Source of the DNA: Candidatus Moraniibacteriota bacterium | Lineage (GTDB): Bacteria > Patescibacteriota > Minisyncoccia > Moranbacterales > UBA2206 | NCBI GenBank assembly: GCA_003543115.1 | Contig: DPJH01000004.1 | Coordinates: forward strand, 1-61,763 | Length of the DNA stretch: 61,763 nucleotides | Reading direction: 5' to 3' | Shown: positions 18,399 to 28,116 of the stretch, in pieces | Position numbering within the stretch: position 1 is the first letter of the stretch | How the letters are laid out: every line of letters starts with the position of its first letter | Position numbers and translations under genes: made by a program | Notes under the pieces: generated by a model | What the model was told of the DNA's origin: nothing | Databases searched by the model: none | The model's input: the letters and a program-made list of their open reading frames with translations, nothing else

Positions 18399-18758
18399 AT
18401 GAGAAGGTTTAAAAGTTTCGCCATAAGTTTGAGGCATGCAATCAATGGACTGAGTTATGCCGTTTCCAATGAGAAAAATTTTCAAAATGAAATCATTGTG
18501 GCTTGTCTGGTTATTGCGGCTATGATTTTCTATAAGGTCTCTCCCAGTGAAATGATAGTTTTATTTCTGGTTATCATGGGTGTTTTGGTGATGGAGCTTT
18601 TGAATACTGTGATGGAAAGGATAGCTGATATACTCAAGCCCAAGGTGCATCCTTACGTAAGAGTGATTAAGGATTTGATGGCAGCGAGCGTTCTTGTTTC
18701 TTCATTATTGGCAATAATTATAGGTTTAATTATTTTTATTCCTCATATAATGGCATAA
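18399..18758 (+). CDS. dgkA: Diacylglycerol/undecaprenol kinase family protein
   Basis: FKSFAISLRHAINGL...EKNFQNE...ELLNTVMERIAD. Small 3-TM protein. Start could instead be 18381. Confidence 0.8.
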   Translation: MRRFKSFAISLRHAINGLSYAVSNEKNFQNEIIVACLVIAAMIFYKVSPSEMIVLFLVIMGVLVMELLNTVMERIADILKPKVHPYVRVIKDLMAASVLVSSLLAIIIGLIIFIPHIMA

Positions 18759-18836
18759 GAAAATGTCAGGAATTGCAGAATAAGGGTTTTTATAATATAA
18801 TTTAAAAATGAATATAATACTCTAAAACAAAAAATC

Positions 18837-20099
18837 ATGGCAAGTCGTGATATTGTTGTTGGCATTGATATTGGCTCAACGAGCGTAAGAACTGTGATTG
18901 CGCAAGTTTTTCCTGAAGAAGAGAAACCACGAATAATCGGGGTTGGTTTAAGTGCGTCTTCAGGAGTGCGAAAAGGAGTGATTGTTGATTTGGAAGAAAC
19001 CATAAAATCAATCAATGATTCGGTTGAGCGTGCGGAAAGGACGGCTGGGGTTGCGGTTAATCAGGCAGTGGTGAGTATTGGAGGCAGCCATATCACATCG
19101 CAAAATTCCAAGGGAGTGATTGCGGTCGGAAAGGCTGACGGAGAGGTAACCGAGAGTGATATAAATAGGGTCATAAATGCCGCTCAGGCAATTTCCATTC
19201 CCGCCAACAAAGAAATTATCCATATAATTCCTGAAAGTTATTCCTTGGATGATAATAAAAATATTAAGGATCCGTTAGGAATGAATGGCGTGCGCCTAGA
19301 AGTGGATGCCATTATCATCGAGGGATCGACTCCTTTTATTAAAAATTTAACCAAATGTTTTGAGCAAGCTCGCATCAATATTTCAGATTTTGTTTTGGCG
19401 CCGCTTGCAGCCACTAAAGCCACTCTCACTAAAAGACAAAAAGAGCTAGGTGTGGTTTTGGTAGATATCGGAGGAGGGACAACTTCAATTGCTGTCTTTG
19501 AGGAAAATAATCTTGTGCATACGAATATTTTGCCTATCGGAGGAAATCATATCACTAATGACATCGCCATAGGTTTGCGTACTTCAATTGATGTGGCAGA
19601 AAAAGTCAAGCTTGAATATGGAAATGCCTCTCCTAGAGAAATCAGTAAGAAAGAAGAAATCAACTTAGCTGAGATAGATGCCAATGAAGAGGGAATGGTT
19701 TCTCGTTATCATGTGGCGGAAATAATTGAAGCGAGATTGGAAGAAATTTTGCTGCTGGTCAATAAAGAATTAAAGGAAATTGGCAGAGAAAAACTTTTGC
19801 CGGCTGGCGCTGTTATCACCGGAGGCACGGCAAAACTGCCAGGAGTAGTTGATCTGGCGAAAAATATTTTAGGTTTGCCTGCGCAAACTGGTTTCCCTAT
19901 GCAAATGGGGGGGTTGATCGATAAAGTAGATGATCCAACTTTTGTGACCGCTGTAGGGTTGGTTTTGTGGGGATGGGAAAATATGTCAGTATCCAAATCG
20001 AGAGGGATAATTGATGGAAAATTGGGAGAAAGATTTTCAAGTAGCGTGGGAGGATCAATCGGAGGATTAAAAAAATGGCTAGGTAAATTTTTGCCATAA
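18837..20099 (+). CDS. ftsA: Cell division protein FtsA
   Basis: IVVGIDIGSTSVR, VLVDIGGGTTSIAVF; actin-like ATPase adjacent to ftsZ. Confidence 0.95.
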   Translation: MASRDIVVGIDIGSTSVRTVIAQVFPEEEKPRIIGVGLSASSGVRKGVIVDLEETIKSINDSVERAERTAGVAVNQAVVSIGGSHITSQNSKGVIAVGKADGEVTESDINRVINAAQAISIPANKEIIHIIPESYSLDDNKNIKDPLGMNGVRLEVDAIIIEGSTPFIKNLTKCFEQARINISDFVLAPLAATKATLTKRQKELGVVLVDIGGGTTSIAVFEENNLVHTNILPIGGNHITNDIAIGLRTSIDVAEKVKLEYGNASPREISKKEEINLAEIDANEEGMVSRYHVAEIIEARLEEILLLVNKELKEIGREKLLPAGAVITGGTAKLPGVVDLAKNILGLPAQTGFPMQMGGLIDKVDDPTFVTAVGLVLWGWENMSVSKSRGIIDGKLGERFSSSVGGSIGGLKKWLGKFLP

Positions 20100-20361
20100 A
20101 ATAACAACAATAAATTATTTATTAAGGCTAAAATAAAGCTAAAATAAAAGACCTTTGCATTTTATTCAAACTCATATATAATTGTAATTAGACCGTTACA
20201 GTGAGAACAAAAAATGATTTGAAAGGCGGCAGGCGGACAAAAACAAATACATAAATGCGTAATTTGACACATAGTTATTATATGTGGTAAATTTACTTAC
20301 TAAAGAACTAGAAAAGATAGCCAAGAAAATTCATTAAATTTCAAATTTATACAAAAAATAT

Positions 20362-21639
20362 ATGGCAGAAATAAAACCACCGGTAGAAACATTTGCTCGC
20401 ATTAAAGTCATTGGAGTTGGCGGTTCTGGAGGAAACGCAATTAGTCGTATGATAGAGGCTAAGTTTAAGGGTGTGGAATTTGTTGCGATCAATACGGATG
20501 CACAAGATCTGCATCACAATAAGGCTCAAGAAAAAGTCCATGTGGGAAAAAATTTGACCAAAGGATTAGGCGCAGGAATGAACCCGGATATCGGCCGTCA
20601 AGCAGCGGAAGAAAATCGCGATGAAATTCAAGAAGTAGTGAAAGGAGCTGATATGGTTTTTGTCACTTGCGGCTTGGGCGGAGGAACAGGATCGGGAGTA
20701 GCGCCGATTGTAGCTGAAGTGGCCAAGGAATCAGGAGCATTGACTGTAGCGGTTGTTACCAAGCCATTTGCCTTTGAAGGAGCGCAAAGAAGAGCTATCG
20801 CTGAAGAAGCTTTGGAAAACTTGCGTGAAAGAGTGGATACATTGATAACAATCCCAAATGACAAGCTGCTTCAAATTATTGATAAAAAAACAACCTTGAT
20901 CAATTCTTTCAAGATCGTTGATGATGTTCTTCGTCAAGGTGTGCAGGGAATATCTGATTTGATCACAAAGCCAGGAATCGTTAATGTTGACTTTGCAGAT
21001 GTGCGTGCCATTATGTCCAACAGCGGATCAGCCCTTATGGGAATTGGAATCGGATCAGGCGAAAACAGGGCGGCTGACGCTGCTAAAGCTGCTATAAATA
21101 GTCCGCTGCTCGAACTTTCTATCGATGGGGCGAAAGGAGTCCTGTTTAATGTCAGCGGTGCCTCTGATTTGACCATGCTTGAAATCAATGAAGCGGCTAA
21201 TATTATTACGGAATCAATCGATCCTAATGCGAAGGTCATTTTTGGAGCAGTAGTGGATGAAACAATCAAGAAAGGCGAATTGCAAATTACCGTAGTGGCC
21301 ACTGGCTTTGATGCGGACAAGGTAAAGGAATCTCCATTGGAAAAAATGTCAAGAATGTCCATAGCTCAATCAAAAGCTGTAGCTGGCGCTATTTCTCAGA
21401 ATAATAATGCTCACAATAATATTTCTGTTTTGAAAAACACTTCTCAACTGGAGAAAGAGGATGAAATCGAAGAGCCAAAAATAACTTTCCCTGAAAAGTT
21501 TGAATCCAGAATGATAATCAAGGAAAAGGTCCAGCCGAAACCCACTCGACCTGCTTTCAGCGCTATGGAAAAATCTTTGGAGGATGATGATAGCGAGCTT
21601 GAAATCCCGGCCTTCATCAGGAGGAAGATGGGGAAATAG
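20362..21639 (+). CDS. ftsZ: Cell division protein FtsZ
   Basis: [37 protein letters not shown] and the C-terminal [10 protein letters not shown] peptide. Confidence 0.97.
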   Translation: MAEIKPPVETFARIKVIGVGGSGGNAISRMIEAKFKGVEFVAINTDAQDLHHNKAQEKVHVGKNLTKGLGAGMNPDIGRQAAEENRDEIQEVVKGADMVFVTCGLGGGTGSGVAPIVAEVAKESGALTVAVVTKPFAFEGAQRRAIAEEALENLRERVDTLITIPNDKLLQIIDKKTTLINSFKIVDDVLRQGVQGISDLITKPGIVNVDFADVRAIMSNSGSALMGIGIGSGENRAADAAKAAINSPLLELSIDGAKGVLFNVSGASDLTMLEINEAANIITESIDPNAKVIFGAVVDETIKKGELQITVVATGFDADKVKESPLEKMSRMSIAQSKAVAGAISQNNNAHNNISVLKNTSQLEKEDEIEEPKITFPEKFESRMIIKEKVQPKPTRPAFSAMEKSLEDDDSELEIPAFIRRKMGK

Positions 21640-21660
21640 AATTTCAAAACTTTTATAATA

Positions 21661-21697
21661 AAAAACACTGATATGAAATAATCAGTGTTTTTTATTT
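21661..21697 (+). terminator. Rho-independent terminator of ftsZ
   Basis: aaaaacactgat-atgaaata-atcagtgtttttt. Confidence 0.85.
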
Positions 21698-21774
21698 TTA
21701 TAGGCAGCTTTTAAATACAAGATTCTTGTTGTCAAGTTATGTCCCTTGAATAAATCGCTGCTTTTGCAATTTTA

Positions 21775-21783
21775 TGGTATAAT
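21775..21783 (+). promoter_or_regulatory. Extended -10 promoter element TGGTATAAT
   Basis: tggtataat sits 33 nt before ATG 21816. An identical block lies upstream of the next paralog. Confidence 0.5.
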
Positions 21784-21815
21784 AAAATCAATTAAAACAA
21801 ACTTAAAAAAATACT

Positions 21816-23762
21816 ATGCAAAACAAAAAACTAAAAGCTATCATTCTGGGGTCGCTCTCAATTGCTTTGTTTGTGGCGACATATGTAGCGATAAGCAATA
21901 AAGCAGGTAACAAGAGGTCAATCACAGACCAGCAAGAATTGTCTCAAGGTAAAGAGGCGGACCAAGGGTTGTATAAACAAGCTTTGGATGAATATGATGT
22001 CAGGATGTGCGAACAGATAAGCGATGAATCAATAAAAAACAATTGCTTGGCAGCAATTAGAAATTCGAAACCGACGGTGGGTCAGATGATAATGTTATCC
22101 CAGAAGGGAAACTATTCATTTAATGAAGATGATTATGCCGATAGATCGATTGAATTTCTGGAAGATTTTTTAAGGAGCAATCCTAATGACGTTGATGCTC
22201 TCATTGGTATGGGATATGCCTATGAGACAAAAAGGGATTATGTCAAAGCTTTGGAATATTATAATAAGGCTCTTAATCTTAACTTAGAGTATGCTGCAAC
22301 ATATAATCGGATAGGGCATGTCTATGATTTGATGGATGGGGCGAAGAAGGCAGAGTCATATTATAAGAAATCTTTAGAAATCCAGCCAGACTATCTTGAC
22401 CCCAGTTTAAATTTGGCGAGGATTTATTATCGCAGAGATGAGGTTGAAAAAGCTAGGATTTATTTTGAAAAAGCTTATTCAAATCCCGGTGTCAACAACA
22501 GAACCAAGGCCGAAATCGGGTATTTGTTTTCAATAATCAGTCTTGATGCAGGTGATTTAGCTAAAGCTAGGTCTTATGTGGATCAGGCAGTTAAAGATGA
22601 CCCTTCTTTTCCTATGGGATGGGTTGGGAAAGGTCAGGTGAGATTTTCTGATACCAAAACAGCAAAATCTCTTCAAGAAGCAGAGGCGATGTTAGCTGAG
22701 GCGCTTTCCTATTTTGATAAAGCGATAGCGCTTAATAAGAATCAAACATTCGCATATTTGAATAAAGGGAGAATATTGAGTGCAGTAGGAAGGACACAGG
22801 AAGCTGTAGACAGCTTTAAGCAGGCTAAAAATATTCTCAGTCAAGACACGACTTTAATGGGAGATGAAAAAAAGATAGTCGAAGATACTCTTAATAGGCT
22901 CTTGTTGGCAACAGGAAAAACATCTTTCTTTAATGGCCTATTCATTGAAAACGTTTATGCAAGTGATGATTATCAAGATGCTTTCAATTGGTGGGTTGAT
23001 AAAGTTCATGAGCAGCTTCCTGATAGACCTGGACACACTTGGGTTATTCAAGGCACTACAGCAGTGTGTGTTCCAAATGGAGCTACGGTTGGTTTCACAT
23101 ATAATCCGCCTGCACCTTGTGCTCCATCTTGGGGGGCATGGGGTTCTTGCAACTGTTCGACGGGAAAACAATCGAGGTCGGATGGCTGTGGCGGTTCTGA
23201 AACGCAAGACTGTTCTTGTGATGGAGCTTGTGGAACGGCTAGCGACTCGCCTAATTATTCTGCTGAAGCATCATTTCCTGGATCCCGTACTACTTGTAAT
23301 CCAGGTACAGCAAACGATTGGTCAAACTCCAGCCATGATCCGCAAGTGGGAGGATCTGTTAGCTGGATATGTCTTGGGGTAAATGGCGGTCGTTCAAGTG
23401 GCACGTGTGTCGCAAATAGAGATTATTACCAGTGCAGAAATTCAAGCTTGCCAAGCAATTCCATAGCTTGTCCCATAGGTGGCAATCAGGTAGCTTCATC
23501 TGCTAATGCTAATTATGTCCTGGCAGAATCTTGTAGCGGCAATAGCACGAGATGCGAATCCAAATGCAATGACTCCCAAGGAGGCCAGTGCGGTAATCGG
23601 GTCTATACTTATCGTAATGGCTCTTGTCAAGTCTGCACGCCGAACTGTTGCGAGAAGAATACCTGTATCGGACAGAGCTGCGATAATGGATGCGGCAACA
23701 GCGGCGTAAGCGGAATCAAGGATTGTCGCAATGAAAACTGGCAGGAAGTGAGTCCGAATTAA
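21816..23762 (+). CDS. Signal-anchored TPR + TSP1-like + Cys-rich module protein (paralog 1)
   Basis: Basic N-terminus plus one hydrophobic helix. TPR-like repeats (ALIGMGYAYETKRDYVKALEYYNKALNLN...). APSWGAWGSCNCSTGKQSRSDGCGG (degenerate TSP1). Cys-rich C-terminal third ending KDCRNENWQEVSPN. Confidence 0.8.
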   Translation: MQNKKLKAIILGSLSIALFVATYVAISNKAGNKRSITDQQELSQGKEADQGLYKQALDEYDVRMCEQISDESIKNNCLAAIRNSKPTVGQMIMLSQKGNYSFNEDDYADRSIEFLEDFLRSNPNDVDALIGMGYAYETKRDYVKALEYYNKALNLNLEYAATYNRIGHVYDLMDGAKKAESYYKKSLEIQPDYLDPSLNLARIYYRRDEVEKARIYFEKAYSNPGVNNRTKAEIGYLFSIISLDAGDLAKARSYVDQAVKDDPSFPMGWVGKGQVRFSDTKTAKSLQEAEAMLAEALSYFDKAIALNKNQTFAYLNKGRILSAVGRTQEAVDSFKQAKNILSQDTTLMGDEKKIVEDTLNRLLLATGKTSFFNGLFIENVYASDDYQDAFNWWVDKVHEQLPDRPGHTWVIQGTTAVCVPNGATVGFTYNPPAPCAPSWGAWGSCNCSTGKQSRSDGCGGSETQDCSCDGACGTASDSPNYSAEASFPGSRTTCNPGTANDWSNSSHDPQVGGSVSWICLGVNGGRSSGTCVANRDYYQCRNSSLPSNSIACPIGGNQVASSANANYVLAESCSGNSTRCESKCNDSQGGQCGNRVYTYRNGSCQVCTPNCCEKNTCIGQSCDNGCGNSGVSGIKDCRNENWQEVSPN

Positions 23763-23790
23763 AAAATATTTTTTCACTTCCAATAGCCAT

Positions 23791-23824
23791 AAAAAACGCT
23801 GATTCCATGTCAGCGTTTTTTTAT
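23791..23824 (+). terminator. Rho-independent terminator
   Basis: aaaaaacgctga-ttccatg-tcagcgttttttt. Confidence 0.85.
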
Positions 23825-23889
23825 TTTAATTTTTGGTAATGTTATTTCAAGTTATCCCCATTGGCTAAAGTGCTGCTTTTGCAATTTTA

Positions 23890-23898
23890 TGGTATAAT
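23890..23898 (+). promoter_or_regulatory. Extended -10 promoter element TGGTATAAT
   Basis: Same conserved block as at 21775. Confidence 0.5.
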
Positions 23899-23930
23899 AA
23901 AACCAATTAAAACAAACTTAAAAAAATACT

Positions 23931-25967
23931 ATGCAAAACAAAAAAATAAAAGCTATCGTTTTGGGATCGCTTTCAGTCATCCTATTCATAGCGACATATG
24001 TGGTGATAAGCAATAAATCAGATGAGAAGAAACAAATTGCAAATCAACAAGGACTATCTCAAAATAAAGATGCATCACTGGAAAAAGAGACAGACTTAAA
24101 TTTGTATAAACAAGCTTTGGACGAATATGACGTTAATTTATGCAACAAGATAAAAAATGAATCAAAAAAATCAGAATGTTTTTCGGCAATCCAAAATTCA
24201 ACTCCTACCCTAGAGCAAGCCATTGCATTGTCCCAAAAGGGAAGTTATAATTTTCAAGAAAAAGATTATGGACAGAGAGCCGAGAAAATATTCCAGAGCA
24301 TCTTAGAAAAAGACAAGGATAATTTAAATGCTTTGCTTGGTATGGGATATGCTTATGAAATAATGCAAGACTATGAAAAAGCTTTGTCATACTACAATAA
24401 AGCTTTGGCTTTGGCTCCTAAGAATGCTGCTGTCTACAATAGAATAGGACATATGTACGATTTGAGCGAAGGGATGGAGAAGGCGGAGTCATTTTATAAA
24501 AAATCTTTGGAGCTTAATCCTAATTTCCTTAATGCTAAAATCAATCTAGCTAGAGTTTATCTAGGTCAAAACAAAAATAAAGAAGCGGCGGATATATTAT
24601 TGGAAGCGTATGTCAGTCCGGACATGAATGCCAGGACCAAGGCTGAAGTCGGTTATATTTTATTTGCAAATGCTTTTGATAAAGGTGAATACGATCTTGC
24701 AAAAAAATATATAGATGAAGCCATGGCGGCGGATAATAGTTTGCCGATAGTGTGGGTTGGAAAAGGCATGTCCGTTTTTTCTGAGATAAAAAAGCTATCT
24801 TCGCCTGAAGGCACTCAAAAGATATTCGAGGAATCTCTTGGTTATTTTGATAAAGCGGCACAAATATATCCATATCAGACAGCAGCATATTATTGGAAGG
24901 GAAGGATTGTGCTGGCAGCGGGAGATAAGGCAAGCGCAGAAAGCCTGTTTAGGACGGCGCTGGAAGTTATTGAAAAGGATATAACCTTGATGAAGGATCA
25001 AAGAGCAATGTTTAAGGGAGAAATTGAGGGATATATGGCACAGGCTAAGGTATCGATAGACTATAAAAAGAAGTCTTTTATGGATAATATCTTTATACAA
25101 ACTGCTCAAGCCGCTACATGCTGTAGCTATTGGGGCTATAACAGCAAAGGACAGTGGGTAAATCATAATTCTTGTGTTACATGGTGTACTACTCAGGCAC
25201 AGGTAAACAACATTTATAATGAATTGGTGGCATTGGTCAACAGCAGCGATCCAAAACATAAGGCTAAGGTTTCTGGCAATACAGTTACATGTAATAATGG
25301 CAATTCGGCTACTTATGTGCCGATTGACAATCCTGCTCCTTCATGCAGTCCAAGCTGGGGAGCATGGGGAGCTTGCAGCAGGACATGCGGAGGAGGCACT
25401 CAATCTCGGGGGGATGGTTGCGGTGGTTCACAAAGCCAGGCATGCAATACGCAAGCGTGTATCGAGGACGGCGCCTGTGGAACAAATGTCAACACTTATG
25501 CAGCAGCAACATCAAATTGGCCAAGCTCCAATACTGTAGATTTTTGCTCTGAAGGAGCTGGTGTCAGAGGAGGTGGTACGCCTGTTTTTCCGAATCCGGG
25601 AGCGTCAGTTGACTGGTTTTGTTCTGGATCAAGTGGCGGAAGAGACAGTGATATTTGCACTGCATCAAGAGAATATTATCAATGCAATGGGACTTTTGCT
25701 CACGCCAATTCCTGTTTAAACGATAGAGCCAATCTGACAACTCCTACAAATTCAATTTTAACTGATTCCTGCGAGGGATCCCGCCAATGTAAGTATGTGT
25801 GCGATGCTAGCCAGGGATATCAGAAACAAGGCCAGTCATGTGTCTGTACTCCGTTTTGCGCAGCTCAAACTTGCATAGGACAAAAATGCAGCGATTGCGG
25901 AGGAAGCAATCAAGATGGCACCAAAGATTGTCGCAATGAAAATTGGCAGGAAGTGAGTCCGAATTAG
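23931..25967 (+). CDS. Signal-anchored TPR + TSP1 + Cys-rich module protein (paralog 2)
   Basis: Same architecture as paralog 1. SPSWGAWGACSRTCGGGTQSRGDGCGGSQSQACNTQAC fits the W-x2-W-x2-CS-x-TCG-x-G-x-Q-x-R TSP1 signature. Same C-terminal tail KDCRNENWQEVSPN. Confidence 0.85.
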   Translation: MQNKKIKAIVLGSLSVILFIATYVVISNKSDEKKQIANQQGLSQNKDASLEKETDLNLYKQALDEYDVNLCNKIKNESKKSECFSAIQNSTPTLEQAIALSQKGSYNFQEKDYGQRAEKIFQSILEKDKDNLNALLGMGYAYEIMQDYEKALSYYNKALALAPKNAAVYNRIGHMYDLSEGMEKAESFYKKSLELNPNFLNAKINLARVYLGQNKNKEAADILLEAYVSPDMNARTKAEVGYILFANAFDKGEYDLAKKYIDEAMAADNSLPIVWVGKGMSVFSEIKKLSSPEGTQKIFEESLGYFDKAAQIYPYQTAAYYWKGRIVLAAGDKASAESLFRTALEVIEKDITLMKDQRAMFKGEIEGYMAQAKVSIDYKKKSFMDNIFIQTAQAATCCSYWGYNSKGQWVNHNSCVTWCTTQAQVNNIYNELVALVNSSDPKHKAKVSGNTVTCNNGNSATYVPIDNPAPSCSPSWGAWGACSRTCGGGTQSRGDGCGGSQSQACNTQACIEDGACGTNVNTYAAATSNWPSSNTVDFCSEGAGVRGGGTPVFPNPGASVDWFCSGSSGGRDSDICTASREYYQCNGTFAHANSCLNDRANLTTPTNSILTDSCEGSRQCKYVCDASQGYQKQGQSCVCTPFCAAQTCIGQKCSDCGGSNQDGTKDCRNENWQEVSPN

Positions 25968-25996
25968 AATTGAAAAATATTTTAAGCCTGAAACAA

Positions 25997-26030
25997 GAAA
26001 AGCTGATTATACGAATCAGCTTTTCTTTTA
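25997..26030 (+). terminator. Rho-independent terminator
   Basis: aaagctgatt-atacg-aatcagcttttc tttt. Confidence 0.8.
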
Positions 26031-26115
26031 AATTGCGTATAAATATTAAATATTGGAATAATTTTTTTATTAAAAAATGTTATAATAAAATCAGTTAAAA
26101 TATATAAAAAATAAA

Positions 26116-27015
26116 ATGGAAAGAAAAAAGAATAAAAAATTTTTCATCATAATGTTCATTCTAATTGTTTTCTTTGCAGTAAGTTATATGATTTTGAAGA
26201 ATAAAATGGATGGTGATGAGCAAGTTGCAAGCCAGAGAAAAGAACTACCAAATAAAAAAGTAGCCCCTCAATCAGAAAGAATAGCATGCGACACTTATTC
26301 TTCTGAGAAAGAAGTTATGGAAAGCGCTATAAGCACCGGCAACGAGAAAATATGCAGCTGTGTTAGGGATAAAAGCTTTAAGGATGCATGTCAAGGTGTT
26401 GTTTTGGATCTGAATTTGTATAGTCAAGCCTTGAGGGGACATGATGAAAATTTGTGCAATGAAATGGTCAGTGAGTCAAGAAAATCTGCCTGTTTTGCAG
26501 CAGTGAAAAATTCAATTCCTGATTTATATAAAAGCGACGTAACCCAGTGGTCTTCTTGTGAGAATGGAAAGCAGCTGGCTATGAATTGGACAAACAAAAC
26601 TAGAGACGGAGGAGAGAATGAAGATATAGACTTAACAAGAGATTGCAATGGAAAATGCGGAACAGCTAATGCAAAGGAATATAATGCGACTGATTCCAGC
26701 TTTGGCGAATTTCAGCCTTGCGCCGTAGGAACTTCTAATCCCTCTAATCCTTTTCCGGAGCCAGGGAATAACAACACTTGGATTTGTGAAGGATTGGATG
26801 GAGGAAGAAATAGCGAGAATTGTGTAGCATCAAGAAAATTTTATACATGTAGCGGAGATTTCCCTAATGCAACGCCTTGTTCTGGCGATAGCGGTGATCT
26901 GATAGTGCCCACAAAGTCAATTTTGGTCGATTCTTGCAATGTCAATCAGAAATGTAAATATGTGTGCGATTCTAGCCGGGGATATCGCAGACAGAATAAT
27001 ATATGCGTTAAATAG
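26116..27015 (+). CDS. Signal-anchored Cys-rich module protein (paralog 3, lacks TPR and TSP1 parts)
   Basis: N-terminal TM helix. Shares the Cys-pair module (NLYSQALRGHDENLCNEM...SACFAAVKNSIP) and the C-terminal module (KCGTANAKEYNATDSSF...TWICEGLDGGRNSENCVASRKFYTC...KCKYVCDSSRGY) with paralogs 1 and 2. Confidence 0.8.
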   Translation: MERKKNKKFFIIMFILIVFFAVSYMILKNKMDGDEQVASQRKELPNKKVAPQSERIACDTYSSEKEVMESAISTGNEKICSCVRDKSFKDACQGVVLDLNLYSQALRGHDENLCNEMVSESRKSACFAAVKNSIPDLYKSDVTQWSSCENGKQLAMNWTNKTRDGGENEDIDLTRDCNGKCGTANAKEYNATDSSFGEFQPCAVGTSNPSNPFPEPGNNNTWICEGLDGGRNSENCVASRKFYTCSGDFPNATPCSGDSGDLIVPTKSILVDSCNVNQKCKYVCDSSRGYRRQNNICVK

Positions 27016-27136
27016 TGGTGGTTAGAAGAGTGTTTGTATAGAACAGCAACAACTCCTGTGGTTTCCTGGTTTGATTGGATTTGGAACTACAATGGAGCAG
27101 CGGTAGATGCTTTCGATGATGCTTTGAATTGAAAAA

Positions 27137-27166
27137 ACACCGGTTTTTGGTAACCGGTGTTTTTTG
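27137..27166 (+). terminator. Rho-independent terminator
   Basis: acaccggtt-tttggt-aaccggtgt followed by tttttt. Confidence 0.85.
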
Positions 27167-27208
27167 ATTTATCAGAAATTGAAGGGCTATGCCTGGGGAT
27201 AACTTATT

Positions 27209-27237
27209 GTTGACAGTGATAGCGGCGGTGTTATAAT
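27209..27237 (+). promoter_or_regulatory. Sigma-70-type promoter of lexA (TTGACA-17 nt-TATAAT)
   Basis: Perfect -35 at 27209..27214 and perfect -10 at 27232..27237 with a 17-nt spacer, 29 nt before the ATG. Confidence 0.7.
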
Positions 27238-27265
27238 ATCAGTATAAATAGTAAAAACAAGTGCC

Positions 27266-27928
27266 ATGGAAAAATTAACATCCAAACAAAAAATGATCTT
27301 AGATAAGATTCGAGAAATAATTGATCAAGAAGGAGGAAACCCGACCGCCTATAAGCTCCATAAATATCTTGAGAGCCAAGGAATTGAGTCAGGCAGCTTG
27401 AAAGGAACAATGCAAGTGATTGAAGCCTTAGAAAAAAAAGATCTTGTGAAAAGGGATGAATCAAAGAAATTATTTTTGGTGGAAAATGACAATTATGCCA
27501 ATTTTGAAAATATATTTTCTATGCCGATGTATGGCTTAGCTTCGTGCGGAGAAGCTTTGGCATACGCTGATGGCAATGTGGATGGATATCTTCAAATTTC
27601 CAAGAGTCTTTTTAGGAAGGCTGATCCAGCTAAACTTTTTGCAGTGAAAGCTTTGGGAGATTCAATGAATAAAGAAGGGATTGGCGATGGAGATTATGTA
27701 GTATTTGAAAAATGCGAGGATTGTGATTGCGAAGGAAAGATTGTAGTAGCTGTAATCAATGGCATGGCCACAATTAAGCGGTATAAAAAACTTCCGCACG
27801 GCATGATAGGTCTTTTTCCCCAATCAACCAATAAAATCCATCAACCCATATACCTGGATGAAACAGATGCAATTCTCGTGGCGGGCGTGTTTCGCAAGGT
27901 TCTTCCAGTGGCTTTTGTAAGTTTATAA
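27266..27928 (+). CDS. lexA: LexA-like repressor (winged-helix + S24 peptidase)
   Basis: N-terminal LTSKQKMILDKIREII...; C-terminal AVKALGDSMN...GDYVVFEK...VVAVINGMATIKRYKK (Ser/Lys dyad region). Confidence 0.85.
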   Translation: MEKLTSKQKMILDKIREIIDQEGGNPTAYKLHKYLESQGIESGSLKGTMQVIEALEKKDLVKRDESKKLFLVENDNYANFENIFSMPMYGLASCGEALAYADGNVDGYLQISKSLFRKADPAKLFAVKALGDSMNKEGIGDGDYVVFEKCEDCDCEGKIVVAVINGMATIKRYKKLPHGMIGLFPQSTNKIHQPIYLDETDAILVAGVFRKVLPVAFVSL

Positions 27929-28016
27929 AAACCTCACAAAAGACATTGATTACGAACGAATCAATAACAATTTATTTGTATATTATTGCCAGATAATTAA
28001 TGGTGCTTATGCGGCA

Positions 28017-28025
28017 TGTGGATAA
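28017..28025 (-). promoter_or_regulatory. Perfect DnaA-box 9-mer (TTATCCACA on the minus strand)
   Basis: tgtggataa in the lexA-nrdR spacer. Confidence 0.35.
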
Positions 28026-28052
28026 CTTTTAATAAAAATTGAAAATTTCTAG

Positions 28053-28091
28053 GAAAAATTCGCCATTTGACAAAAATTTGGCGAATTTTTC
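28053..28091. terminator. 13-bp perfect inverted repeat; probable bidirectional terminator (or operator)
   Basis: gaaaaattcgcca-13 nt-tggcgaatttttc. GC core ttcgcca/tggcgaa flanked by an A run and a T run. Confidence 0.5.
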
Positions 28092-28116
28092 AATTGTGGT
28101 ATAATGGTATTAAGCT

